Assembly (NCBI GenBank): GCA_002269645.1
Contig: NIVC01000822.1
Span: forward strand, 310,001-374,000
Source: Macrostomum lignano
Lineage: Eukaryota
Length of the DNA: 64,000 nucleotides
Reading direction: 5' to 3'
The position numbers and the translations under genes are program-made. Below the pieces are notes generated by a model, which worked only from the letters and a program-made list of their open reading frames with translations, did no database searches and was not told the DNA's origin. Positions 50,390 through 64,000 of the stretch are shown one piece after another. How positions within the stretch are numbered: the first letter of the stretch is position 1; each line of letters starts with the position of its first letter.

Positions 50390-51060
50390 CTAGGTAGACA
50401 GGTAGATAGATAAGCAGATAGGTAGGAAGGTAGATAAATAGGCAGGTAGATAAATAGGCAGGTAGATAAATAGGCAGGTAGATAAATAGGCAGGTAGATA
50501 AATAGGCAGGTAGATAAATAGGCAGGTAGATAAATAGGCAGGTAGATAGATAGGCAGGTAAGATAGGTAGGCGGATAGACAGGTAGATAAATAGGCAGAT
50601 AGGTAGGAAGGCAGACAGGTAGATAGGCAGATGGGTAGGAATTGGTAGATAGGTAGGAAGGTAGATAGGCAGATAGGTAGGAAGGTAGATAGGCAGATAG
50701 GTAGGAATTGGTAGATAGGCAGATAGGTAGGAATTGGTAGATAGGCAGATAGGTAGGAATTGGTAGATAGGTAGATAGGTAGGAATTGGTAGATAGGCAG
50801 ATAGGTAGGAATTGGTAGATAGGCAGATAGGTAGGAATTGGTAGATAGGCAGATAGGTAGAAATTGGTAGATAGGCAGATAGGTAGGAATTGGTAGATAG
50901 GCAGATAGGTAGGAATTGGTAGATAGGCAGATAGGTAGGAATTGGTAGATAGGCAGATATGTACAAGGTACGCAGGTAGATAGGTAGGCAGGTAAGATAG
51001 GTGTATAGAAATGCAGATGGGTAGGAAGATAGGCAGGTAATGTAGATAGACAGACATAGA
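50390..51060. repeat. Compound (GATA/GGTA/GGCA) micro/minisatellite
   Basis: Directly visible; starts at the SINE tail. Confidence 0.9.
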
Positions 51061-51574
51061 CATAGGTAGTTAGATACATGTTGTAGCTAGATGTAAGGTA
51101 AGACGGACAGACAGCAGATCGCCATGTTACAGACGCCATGCATTGTCCAAGACTTCGGTATCCAGTTCCAACCAGGTTCCCGACCGCAGAGGTTCGGGAA
51201 TAACCAGCCGTTTCGAAAGACTGCTGTTATTCAGCTATCAGAAGTCGTAAATTGAAGCGTTTCCGCTGGATTTTAGCACAGCTGAGCTGATAAATTAGGC
51301 GCTCGTAATCAGGCGGTGCTGATCGATAAAAAATATCCTTGAATTCAGCCTGAAATCAGCTTGTTAGGGCGCTGCCGCCCTGATATGCAGGCCGATTCTG
51401 GGGTGCCTTGAGCAATAAATGCCAATTTAATATTTGGATAAAAGTTGCGCTTCACCTGTTTTATGGGCGAAAATCCGTTTTTGTGCTGTGTCTGCGCCTA
51501 AAAATCTTGTCTATCTGCCTATCTATGTCCGTCTGTCTATCTATGTGTCTGGCTATGTGTCTATCTGTGTCTGT

Positions 51575-51610
51575 ATATCTATCTATCTATCTATCTATCT
51601 AACTAACTAA

Positions 51611-51657
<47 letters not shown>

Positions 51658-51692
51658 ACTATCTAACTAACTATCTATCTATCTATCTATCC

Positions 51693-51730
<38 letters not shown>
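51575..51730. repeat. (TATC)n microsatellite
   Basis: Directly visible. Confidence 0.9.
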
Positions 51731-51731
<1 letters not shown>

Positions 51732-52419
51732 CGCAGAGGAATCGCCAATCAGCAGACCAAGCACATTTCCCAGCACGGTCCTCAATCGATGGAACACCTT
51801 ATTGAATCAGTTGCTGGGCGCAGAAAATCAGTGGAGTTTTATTGCTCCAATCGCAACAATCCCCTTGTCGCCAAGGCGGCTCTTCCACAGCTGCGGGACA
51901 TTGCAGGAGCGGCACAGCGTTTGGTATTTGGCAAATAATCCGATTGTTAAAAGCAGAGCCGGGCAGCCGAAGCAGAAATTCGGCCAGTCAACTTTCATTA
52001 GTATGAAATGGAATGAAACCGCGACTTCTGTTCTCTTTGCCCTCCTTGCTTCATCGCCTGCTGCTTTAACAGTTCCGCCATCGTGGCAGTGTATTGAGTG
52101 CGTGCCGGTCCTTATCGATGCTCCACATCTCCCTGCAATGTTCAAAACCTTGGCTGGATGTCCTGATTAGCGGTTTTTCAGCTTTATGTATGCGTACCAC
52201 CGAATGCCCGACTTCTGCAACTAAAGAACTGGCGCCCTGCTGCCGATATGTATCGAAAACTTATTCAAATCATATTTACATCGAGTGCGGCTGAATTAAC
52301 CGGATTTATTTAGGATGCTGTCAAGGACTACTAGACATTCCAGTGGTGCTTGGATATTGTATGAGTACTTTAAAACTGCAGTAGTGCTTCAGGGACTTTA
52401 TTAGAGAAACTTTAGCGAC

Positions 52420-52965
52420 CCACTTCAGTACTTCAGGAGAGATTTCAGTAACCCACTTCATGACTTCAGGAGAGACTTCAGTAAGCCACTTCAGAATTTT
52501 TGAGAGATTTCAGCTCCCACACCTCAGGACTTCAGGAGAGACTTCAGCTCCCCACTTGCGGGCTTCAGGAGAGACTTCAGCTCACCACCTCAGGACTTTA
52601 GGAGAGACTTCAGCTTCCACACTTCAGGACTTCAGGAGAGATTTCAGCTCCCCACCTCAAGACTTCAGGAGAGACTTCAGCTCCCACTTGCGGGCTTCAG
52701 GAGAGACTTCAGCTCCCCACTTGCGGGCTTCAAGAGAGACTTCAGCTCACCACCTCAGGACTTTAGGAGAGACTTCGGCTCCCACACCTCAGGACTTCAG
52801 GAGAGACTTCAGCTTCCACACATCAGGACTTCAGGAGAGACTTCAGCTCCCACACCTCAGGACTTCAGGAGAGACTTCATGAGAGACTTCAGCTCCCACA
52901 CCTCAGGACTTCAGGAGAGATTTCAGCTCCCCACTTTATGACTTCAGGAGAGACTTCAGCTCCGT
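52420..52965. repeat. ~34-bp minisatellite (CTCAGGACTTCAGGAGAGACTTCAGCTCC core), about 15 copies
   Basis: Directly visible tandem units with variant spacers. Confidence 0.9.
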
Positions 52966-54124
52966 ATTTAAAGACGTCAGCACTGGCTCCGCAACAGCCC
53001 GCAGCCTACCAGGCTTAAGAGGCATTAAACCAGAGAATCGCTTTGATCGCGAAAGAATCTTAAGATAACAGGCAGAGCCAAGATCGAGGGCTGGGGCGGC
53101 AGGCCCGGCAACATTTGAAAACGAGGCTTATTGATGGCTGGCTCGCTGACGGAAACGGGCAGTCGAAGCTGTGGGGGGGGGGGGGGGTTAGCGCTCTCCT
53201 CCTGCAGGCAGATAAGACAGACGAAAGATGGAAGGGCGAGAATGCGAGGAGGGAAGGCTGCCCCCCGCCCTTAAGTCTGACTTTATCCGGCAGTCCAAGA
53301 ACTTAATCCCGGGTTTTTCTGTTTGTTTAAGCGGAATAACCGGGATGTATCTATCTGCCTTCAGCTGTTGCTAGGTAGGGCTTATATGTCTCTCCTGCCT
53401 GCGTTATTTATGCTTTTCTGTTTGCTTCTTTGTTTGAAAAGCTTTGGTAGGCTAGCGAATTCTAATGAAATAGAGTAGGGACGATCGTGTGACAAACAGA
53501 GTGACAAACAGAGTGACAAACAGAGTGACAAACAGAGTGATAAACAGTGTGACAGAAAGACAAACAGAGTGACAAGCAGCTCAAAAATGAGAATAATTAC
53601 TTCTGAGAGTGACAAAAGTGTGACAATGAGAGTGAAACTATGCTAGCAAGAGTCCAAATCCCAAAATCTGAACTTTTGCACCAAACAGCTCAGCATAGAG
53701 GCGATAAAGAAGCCATCAGTCGGCAGGATGCGGGTGTCTGGTCGGGTCGCATTTTGCCGGCCGCTCATCAGAGGCTCGGACGCAACTGTCCCGGGCTCGT
53801 CAGCCAGAGCTCCGTTTCCTAGAAATGCCGCCGCTATTTCTTAGAAAAAGTAGGCCACTAAAGATAGCGGGAAAAGGGGTTCAACGAGAGTGCGACCTCG
53901 CGCCACGTTGTTTGGATGCTTGGCTTGGCTTGTTTTAGTCTTCCTGAAATCGGGCGGCCCAAGATTGACAGAAAATTTGCGGTGCAGCTGAGCTGCACTT
54001 TGAAACAGTTGATGCTGGCGCCTCCTGTAATTGGCTTGCACCCAAGCATATTCCATAGTGGCTTCTGCCTGCTTTTAACTTTATTGTTGAGACAGTGAGT
54101 TAAAACTCACAGTTAAGACAGTGA

Positions 54125-55260
<1,136 letters not shown>

Positions 55261-55837
55261 AATTCTAGAATAGCTTCTCGAAGTACTCGTACTTTGCCAG
55301 CCTTCTTCAGACTCAATATAACGAGTCTGCACAAGAAAGTTTACCAGTAATTCAATTGCTGACTGTCTGCCCCAGACAAGTCTGCCAATTTATGAGTCAC
55401 CGTCATCACCATGCATTTCGTTTTCAAATTTGACGCAACAGAAATTGGACAGTTCAACGCAAATTATAGTTGTTTCAACGGCTGCTGCTGCAGGATTTAT
55501 TGCCTTCTGCCTGCAGACTCTTTGAGGTGGCTTCATTGCTGCAGGATATGCTTGTGCGCAGCAGCAGCAGCAGCAGCAAGCCGTACAAGAGTTAAAAAAT
55601 CGAATGAAAAAGCAGACAGAAGTACAAAATTTTACAGTGGAGAAGACAGATGGGACCAAAGGTGTTCAAGCATTCAGTCCTGTCCTTGAGCATAGGTGAC
55701 GAAGTCTGCACTTTTCACAATGCTCAGCTTCACTCTTCACTCTCTGCCACTCGCCAAGTATAACAGGCGCGTACTTCTTCTTTTTAAGAGTTGCCTGGTC
55801 TGATTATCAGGAGTTCGTTCCTCTCACTCCTCTCCAT

Positions 55838-56020
55838 GCGTCACTCTCACCCTGTGTCACTCTCACCCTGTGTCACTCTCACCCTGTGTCACTCTCACCC
55901 TGTGTCACTCTCACCCTGTGTCACTCTCACCCTGTGTCACTCTCACCCTGTGTCACTCTCACCCTGTGTCACTCTCACCCTGTGTCACTCTCACACCCTG
56001 TCACTCACCCTCTGCCATCC
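55838..56020. repeat. 16-bp minisatellite (TCACTCTCACCCTGTG), about 10 copies
   Basis: Directly visible. Confidence 0.9.
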
Positions 56021-56849
56021 TTCCGCTCATTCTCACCTTCTATAACCTCCACTTGAACATCTCTCCTGTCCTGCCCCAAGCGTGACTTACCAGTACCAAA
56101 CAGTTATCAAGGCAAGAGGCATCTGTGGCTTTTTGTAAATTTTCATCAAAATCGCAAAGCACTGTTAGTTTTAAAAATTTCACAGCCCCAGAATCCAGAC
56201 AGTCCCCCCACCCAGTCACCCTGCAGCCAAGGAAAACCCCTGGCTTACTTTAAAAAAACTAATTGAACAAAATCTCTCCACAGGATTCGGGCCGGAGGCG
56301 CTGGCTTGAATTTCTCAGTTCGTGCCTTCGCATGGCAGCTGGGCAGCCTCTCTGGACCATTCATCATCACCCGCCCACCCCCAGCGCCTCGATAATGAAA
56401 CCCGAAGCTAAGAAAGATGAAGAATCAGAACAAAACAGAAAATACCTCTCTACAAGCGAACGGAGGCTTCCGTCTTGTCTGGCAGCAAAAGAAGCCGACA
56501 GCCCAAGCAACCCTCAGGTCCCGTCTGGTTATCCGTCTGTCTGCGATTCGCGGAGACCCCGGCTGCCCGGTGCTCTGATAAATTGCTTCTAGGAAACCAT
56601 CCCAGCAGTTCCGCCGGCTTTTAAGTGCAAAAATTGCCCGCTTCTAAAAGCAGTTGTAAATTCTGCCATATTCGGCGACCACTTGAAGCAGCCTCGGAGC
56701 CACTTTAAAGTTTTTTACGTTGAAATTGCTACTTAGGTTGCAATGCGCTTCTGCTGTCTGCTTTGACTCCGGACTGTTGGGGGCTTAGCGTTTGGAAATA
56801 CGGAATCTCTTTAGTGTTTCCCTGTCTGGTGGATAAAAGACTTCCGTAA

Positions 56850-59480
56850 GGAGTTCAGTGGGTCGAGCAGTTCCGTGGGTCAAGGAGTTCCGTGGGTCAA
56901 GGAGTTCAGTGGGTCAAGGAGTTCAGTGTGTCAAGGAGTTCAGTGGGTCAAGGAGTTCAGTGGGTCAAGCAGTTCAGTGTTTCAAGGAGTTCAGTGGGTC
57001 AAGGAGTTCAGTGGGTCAAGGAGTTCAGTGGGTCAAGGAGTTCAGTGGGTCAAGGAGTTCAGTGTTTCAAGGAGTTCAGTGGGTCAAGGAGTTCTTTGGG
57101 TCAAGAAGTTCAGTGGGTCAAGCAGTTCAGTGTTTCAAGGAGTTCAGTGGGTCGAGCAGTTCCGTGGGTCAAGGAGTTCAGTGGGTCAAGGAGTTCCGTG
57201 GGTCAAGGAGTTCTTTGGTTCAAGGAGTTCCGTGGGTCAAGGAGTTCAGTGGGTCGAGCAGTTCCGTGGGTCAAGGAGCTCAGTGGGTCAAGGAGTTCCG
57301 TGGGTCAAGGAGTTCCGTGGGTCAAGGAGTTCTTTGGGTCAAGAAGTTCAGTGGGTCAAGCAGTTCAGTGTTTCAAGGAGTTCAGTGGGTCGAGCAGTTC
57401 CGTGGGTCAAGGAGTTCCGTGGGTCAAGGAGTTCTTTGGTTCAAGGAGTTCCGTGGGTCAAGGAGTTCAGTGGGTCGAGCAGTTCCGTGGGTCAAGGAGT
57501 TCAGTGGGTCAAGGAGTTCAGTGGGTCAAGGAGTTCCGTGGGTCAAGGAGTTCTTTGGGTCAAGAAGTTCAGTGGGTCAAGCAGTTCAGTGTTTCAAGGA
57601 GTTCAGTGGGTCAAGGAGTTCAGTGGGTCAAGGAGTTCAGTGGGTCAAGGAGTTCAGTGGGTCAAGGAGTTCCGTGGGTCAAGGAGTTCCGTGGGTCAAG
57701 CAGTTCTGTGGGTCAAGCAGTTCAGTGTTTCAAGGAGTTCAGTGGGTCAAGGAGTTCTTTGGGTCAAGGAGTTCAGTGGGTCAAGGAGTTCAGTGGGTCA
57801 AGGAGTTCTTTGGGTCAAGGAGTTCTTTGGGTCAAGAAGTTCAGTGGGTCAAGCAGTTCAGTGTTTCAAGGAGTTCAGTGGGTCAAGGAGTTCCGTGGGT
57901 CAAGGAGTTCAGGGGGTCGAGCAGTTCCGTGGGTCAAGGAGTTCAGTGGGTCAAGGAGTTTAGTGGGTCAAGGAGTTCCGTGGGTCAAGGAGTTCAGTGG
58001 GTCAAGGAGTTTAGTGGGTCAAGGAGTTCAGTGGGTCAAGGAGTTCCGTGGGTCAAGGAGTTCCGTGGGTCAAGGAGTTCAGTGGGTCAAGGAGTTCAGT
58101 GGGTCAAGGAGTTCAGTGGGTCAAGCAGTTCCATTGGTCAAGGAGTTCAGTGGGTCAAGCAGTTCCATTGGTCAAGGAGTTCAGTGGGTCAAGGAGTTCC
58201 GTGGGTCAAGCAGTTCAGTGTTTCAAGGAGTTCAGTGGGTCAAGGAGTTCCGTGGGTCAAGCAGTTCAGTGGGTCAAGGAGTTCAGTGGGTCAAGGAGTT
58301 CTTTGGGTCAAGAAGTTCAGTGGGTCAAGCAGTTCAGTGTTTCAAGGAGTTCAGTGGGTCAAGGAGTTCAGTGTTTCAAGGAGTTCAGTGGGTCAAGGAG
58401 TTCTTTGGGTCAAGAAGTTCAGTGGGTCAAGCAGTTCAGTGTTTCAAGGAGTTCAGTGGGTCAAGGAGTTCAGTGTTTCAAGGAGTTCAGTGGGTCAAGG
58501 AGTTTAGTGGGTCAAGGAGTTCAGTGGGTCAAGGAGTTCAGTGGGTCAAGGAGTTCAGTGGGTCAAGCAGTTCCATTGGTCAAGGAGTTCAGTGGGTCAA
58601 GCAGTTCCATTGGTCAAGGAGTTCAGTGGGTCAAGCAGTTCTTTGGATCAAGGAGTTCAGTGGGTCAAGGAGTTCCGTGGGTCAAGGAGTTCTTTGGTTC
58701 AAGGAGTTCCGTGGGTCAAGGAGTTCAGTGGGTCGAGCAGTTCCGTGGGTCAAGGAGTTCAGTGGGTCAAGAAGTTCAATGGGTCAAGGAGTTCAGTGGG
58801 TCAAGGAGTTCCGTGGGTCAAGGAGTTCCGTGGGTCAAGGAGTTCAGTGGGTCAAGGAGTTCAGTGGATCAAGGAGTTCAGTGGGTCAAGGAGTTCCGTG
58901 GGTCAAGGAGTTCTTTGGTTCAAGGAGTTCCGTGGGTCAAGGAGTTCAGTGGGTCGAGCAGTTCCGTGGGTCAAGGAGTTCAGTGGGTCAAGGAGTTCAA
59001 TGGGTCAAGGAGTTCAGTGGGTCAAGGAGTTCAGTGGGTCAAGGAGTTCAGTGGGTCAAGGAGTTCTTTGGGTCAAGAAGTTCAGTGTGTCAAGGAGTTC
59101 AGTGGGTCAAGGAGTTCTTTGGGTCAAGAAGTTCAGTGGGTCAAGCAGTTCAGTGTTTTAAGGAGTTCAGTGGGTCAAGGAGTTCAATGGGTCAAGGAGT
59201 TCAGTGGGTCAAGGAGTTCTTTTGGTCAAGCAGTTCCATTGGTCAAGGAGTTCAGTGGGTCAAGGAGTTCTTTGGATCAAGGAGTTCAGTGGGTCAAGGA
59301 GTTCCGTGGGTCAAGGAGTTCAGTGGGTCAAGCAGTTCTTTGGATCAAGGAGTTCAGTGGGTCAAGGAGTTCAGTGGGTCAAGGAGTTCTTTGGTTCAAG
59401 GAGTTCAGTGGGTCAAGGAGTTCAGTGGGTCAAGGAGTTCAGTGGGTCAAGGAGTTCAGTGGGTCAAGAAGTTCTGTGGG
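56850..59480. repeat. 17-bp satellite (GTGGGTCAAGGAGTTCA), about 155 copies with higher-order variants
   Basis: Directly visible. Confidence 0.95.
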
Positions 59481-60119
59481 TCCTTTTTAGCTGAACTACT
59501 CAAACTTTAAACAGTCAAGCTAAAATCGAACTCAGGACGACGCTGTACAGCCGATGCAAGCGATGCACACAAAAAGTTAGCCAACAAGTTTTTGTTGTTC
59601 ATTTTTTATTTTTCAGCGCATTCCAATTCTGATTGCCCTTCAGAGTGGCTTGTAAAAGCAGTCTTGCAGCTAAGTGGAGCAAAACAGCATCACGGCCAGC
59701 GCTGAAACGCCCACCAGCGGCTTCAGGACACGAAGGTCAGGCCCGAGTCTGCCAGTGATTAGTCACAGCCGACCGGGTGCAGCCACTGCCCGCTTGTATT
59801 TTGCGGAAGTGCGACTTTCACAATGAACATGCAAGTCGGCTCCGCTTTGCTGCGCTGCCCGAATCAGAGCCAGACTTTTTTCTTGAGGCCCGATCCCCCG
59901 GTCGGAGCGCATTCCTCAGCTGTGATCTATCGGCACCCTCTTCAGCCGCGCACCCACAGCTTTTATAACCCTCCATGCAGCTGTCTGAGAGGCCCGGGCA
60001 CGAGGGACTTCCTGATGCATTCCTGACTGTGTGCTGGCGCCCTGCCGCTGCCGTGGCTGTCTGCTGCGGATCCACCGGAGCTCAGAGATCTCCGAACGTC
60101 TGCCTCCGGCTTCTCGTCT

Positions 60120-60615
60120 TTTCTCCTCTCTTATCATTCCTATCTCATCTCTCCTCTCTTATCACTCATATCTCATCTCTCCTCTCTTATCATTCCTATC
60201 TCATCTCTCCTCTCTTATCACTCATATCTCATCTCTCCTCTCTTATCATTCCTATCTTATCTCTCTCCTCTCCTCTCCTCTCCTCTCATCTCATCTCCTC
60301 TCCTCTCCTCTCCTCTCCTCTCCTCTCGTCTCCTCTCCTCTCCTCTCCTCTCCTCTCCTCTCCTCTCATCTCCTCTCCTCTCCTCTCCTCTCCTCTCGTC
60401 TCCTCTCGTCTCCTCTCCTCTCCTCTCCTCTCCTCTCCTCTCCTCTCATCTCCTCTCCTCTCCTCTCTTCTCTCTCATCTCCTCTCCTCTCCTCTCCTCT
60501 CCTCTCGTCTCCTCTCCTCTCCTCTCCTCTCCTCTCCTCTCCTCTCATCTCCTCTCATCTCCTCTCCTCTCCTCTCTTCTCTCTCATCTCCTCTCCTCTC
60601 CTCTCGTCTCCTCTA
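60120..60615. repeat. (CTCTC)n-type low-complexity tract
   Basis: Directly visible. Confidence 0.9.
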
Positions 60616-61290
60616 CTCTCCACAAAGCAATTAAACAAAACAATTTTATTGTGTTGTCATTCTCGAAGATTTGTGTACAGGAAGCAATATAATTAATGAT
60701 TTTTATATTTTTTACAGAGGTTCCGGAGTTTCGAAAACACGAGAAAATCAGGGCAGAGTGTCAGCAATGAAACTTATTGCAAGCCGTGAGGTTGAAAATG
60801 ATTCAATAAATATCGTTTCATCAGTTAAAACAAATATTATTGCTTTAAGTTGAAGCAAATAAGACGGTCACTTCAGCGAGGATCTCACAGCTGAGCAAGA
60901 AATGACTGAGCTTGAGATAATTTATGGACAGGTGCTAAAAGTCTACATTAAAATTCTATAATTATAAAGTTAGCAGTCAAAGCCAGTGGACGAATACGTT
61001 AAGAGCAAATGATTTGTGCAAATTAAAGTTGCGGTCGGTGATTTGAGAGTCCAGTTAAACAAAATTGGCCTTATTAATTCAAATGATAATTTCTAGGAAC
61101 TAACTAGTAACTTAAAGTTTTCAAAGAAAAATGAGCAGTGATTTTTTGTTAAACTTTATTATCCAATTTAAACTTATTTGATTGATAATTGGTCTCCACT
61201 CTGCAAAGAGTTATTCTACTAAACATATTTAAAATTTATACTCAAAGTATAACAACTTCCTAGTGAAGTCCTTTTTGGATTCTAGGCAGC

Positions 61291-61780
61291 TCACACGTAG
61301 TTCTCAATGGCCTCCATGTTGGACTCGAGGTGCGGCGTCAGCGGCGACGCCACGAAGGTCGGCTGCTGCTGCAGGCTGTGCAGAGCGGCGCCGATGTCCG
61401 ACAGGCCGCCGTTGCCGGCAACGATGCGAAATCGCCGCCGCCGCCACCTCCGCCGCCGCTGGGGAACGCGAAGGCCGTCTCAGCGGTGGCGCTAGTGACC
61501 GGCGGCGCCGAAGAAGCGCCAGTTGCTGCTGGCGTTGACGTCGCAGCCGCACTGGAGGTCGCCGGGATGACGCTGAAGCCGCTGCGGCTGCTCGCCAAGG
61601 AGATGCGGCTGCTGTACCTGATCAGCTCCGTTGCGCCCGCCGGAGTCTCCGACTGGACCAGGTCGGGCGTCAGCATCCTGCCGTGCTGCTGCTGCGGCTG
61701 CTGGCTGTTCAGGAGCCGTTGCTAGTGCCGTTAGTCGCTGGCGGGAGGCGGCGGCGGCAGCTGCCATCATCAACATGTGG

Positions 61781-61829
<49 letters not shown>

Positions 61830-64000
61830 CGGCCAGGTGATATGAGTAGTACGACGGGTGCAGCGGCGCCTCCTGAGCCGACATCCGGGAGCCCGGCGAG
61901 AAGCCTCCGCCGCCGCCGCCGCCACCATAGCCGTAGCCGCCGCAGACGCCGCCGTTGCCGCAGCCGCAGTCGGAGCCCAGGGCCGGGGGCGGCGGGCAGT
62001 AGTAGCCGTCCTGCGGTGCCATCCCGCTGGACAGGCTGGCGCGGTAGCCCAGCTGCACCGCCTGGCCGCACACCGGGTGGCCCGCAGCGATGGCCGCCGG
62101 CGAACCGCCCGACCCGTTGGTGACGTCGCTGGAGTTGGTCGACCGCATCGACTTGCCGACGCCCGGGCCGCCGCCTCCGTCGCCGCCGCCGCGACGGCAC
62201 TGCAGGATGGCGGTGACGATGACCGCGGCCAGCAGGATGGCCACCACCACGGCGCTGCCGATGGAGATGCCAGCACGATCTCGAAGGACAGGCCGGCGCT
62301 GGCGGTGCTCGCCTGAGTGGTCGACGCGGCGGCATTCAGCGGGCGTCGAAGCTGCGGGTCTCGTAGACGGTGACCGGGCCGTCCAGCACCAGCAGGGAGA
62401 AGCTGTAGGCCGCCTGCGGGTCGGGCAGCAGGATGCTGGCGCGGCCTGAGCGGACCTCCGACTCCAGCAGCTGTCGCAGGACGCAGCCGGGCTGCACAGC
62501 TTCACGTACACCCCGGTGTAGTGCGGCGACATCGGCGCTGTGAACTGGATCTCCAGCTGCCCGGAGGTCACCTGGGCCGCCACCGATGCGTCCGGGATCA
62601 GCGGCAGCTTCCGGGTGGTCAGCGCCACCTCGTCGGTGAAGGGGCTGACGTTGATCGCGCCGCCGTAGAAGTTCTCTGCTCGGACTCGCGCATAGTAGGT
62701 GGCCTGCGACTCCAGCGCGGTGACGGTCTCGGTGACGGGCAGGCCGAAGCCGGGGTCCCGCAGGCCGGTCTTCTGGTTGGCGACGCTCCACACGGAGCTG
62801 CCGAGCGGCCGCCACTGCAGCGTGAAGGTCTGCTCGAAGCCGCCGTTGAATTCACTGCGCCAGCGCAGGTTGGCGGACACCGCCGTGGTGTTCAGCACCT
62901 GCAGGCCGCTGGGGGTGGCGGGCGGCCCCGGCCGGTTCAAGCTGAAGGTGAAGTCGCGAGTGCCGACTGAGTTGGCCACGGTGCACACATAGTTGCCGTA
63001 GTCAGCCGAGGTCACCTCCGGGATGACGAGGCGGTAGGTGAGGTTCACCGCGCTGCTGACGGTGGACAGGCGCGGGTTCAGCGCCTGCTTGGTGCCATCG
63101 GCTCCGAGGCGCTGCCAGACGGCCCCGCTGGGCGGCGGGTTGGCCGTCACCCGCAGGAGCAGCTCGGCCGGCTGTCCGAGTGGGGAAGACACGGCCAACT
63201 GGGTGCCCGGCCAGGCGGCCGGGGCGAAGGTCAGGTTAAGGGCGGCCGAGGCTGTGGCGGAGCCACCGCGGGACCCCACCGAGCACTGGTAGACGCCGTT
63301 GTCTCCTGAGCTGGCCGACGCGATGCTCAAAGTGGACGTTGCGCTGGCGAGCGTCGCCCAGACGCCGCTGGCATTCCGATGTCGCCATACGAAGGTGAAG
63401 CCGCCGCCTGCCGTCGGGACTCCCGCCGGTTGTCAGGCAGCTCAGCGTCACCGGGTCGCCTTCGCGAGGCGAGCTGGGCGACACTGTGACGTTGACGGAT
63501 GGCGGGTACAGCACCAGCACGGAGGTCGACTTGGACAGGGCGCCGATTGCGGCGCTGTCGTAGACGATGGTGCAGGTGTACACCGTGCCGTTGTCTGCCC
63601 GCCTGGTCTGCGTGACGAGCAGGCGGCTGCTGACTGCAGTGCCGAGGTTCTCCGCCGGCTCCGTCGTTGCCACCGCCTGCACGGTGACATTCTCGGCCGA
63701 GCTGGCGCCGCCGCGGACTGCCGGAACCAGTGCACCCGGGCTGGCGGGTTCGCGGAGCCGGCGCGGCACAGCAGGGTCAGCGCCGTGTTCTCCAGCACCC
63801 CGTCGGCCGGGCTAGCCGTCAGCGCGGAGCTGCTCGGCAAAAATTTCACCTCCAGGGCGACGTCTTTGCGGCCGATCTCGCGCGAGTTGTACAGCAGGAC
63901 GCAGCGGAATTTGAAGCCGTTGAGGTCGCGGCTGGCGGCGATGTCCAGCCGGCTCTGCAGCTGCTTGGCCGAGTTCGGCCCGTCTGTCTGGCTGACGGAC
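61291..64000 (-). CDS. Ig-superfamily adhesion receptor (nephrin/sidestep-like: several Ig domains, FN3, TM, polyQ tail); 5'-truncated by the window and broken by several single-base frameshifts
   Basis: 'TLLCRAGSANPPARVHW', 'DNGTVYTC', 'DNGVYQC', 'DYGNYVCTVANSVG', FN3 'LRWRSEFNGGFEQTF', TM 'IGSAVVVAILLAAVIVTAIL'; manual translation of the last frame ends 'MEAIENYV*' (TGA at 61291-61293). Confidence 0.85.

Noticed and set aside
53740-53790. CTGATGA on the minus strand as a hammerhead core
   Set aside because: Followed by CAAAA rather than CGAAA, with no convincing stems.
56858-59510. ORFs of 549 and 872 aa in the 17-bp satellite
   Set aside because: The unit has no stop codon on the + strand; all three frames give the same cyclic peptide, with no coding signal.

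Overview
Repeat-rich eukaryotic (metazoan) genomic DNA, not prokaryotic. The GC-rich exons, heavy minisatellite load, unpaired splice acceptors just before start codons and scattered single-base indels suggest a long-read assembly of a trans-splicing flatworm such as Macrostomum (inference). Host genes: an inverted paralogue pair of P-loop GTPases, one carrying a stonustoxin-like N-terminus plus two FN3 domains (18412-22021, -) and one short form (3143-4846, +); a same-strand cluster RPL31 - MRM1 - CCHCR1-like (40787-48610, +); and the 3' part of an Ig/FN3/TM adhesion receptor (61291-64000, -). The remainder is transposon-derived (DIRS/Ngaro, P-element-like, RTE, a full-length LOA/Lian-type LINE with RNase H, Gypsy fragments, tRNA-derived SINEs, a hAT MITE, Helitron-like elements) or tandem repeat. 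Top observations: (1) a complete HDV-like ribozyme fold whose predicted cleavage site is exactly the TSD-defined 5' end of the LINE; (2) a likely operon in which MRM1 has no ATG of its own and would obtain it from the AUG-terminated flatworm spliced leader; (3) one TSD enclosing two diverged LINE copies; (4) a 3' hairpin shared by the LINE and the SINE with compensatory changes; (5) a gene-converted GTPase module shared between paralogues with different N-termini.
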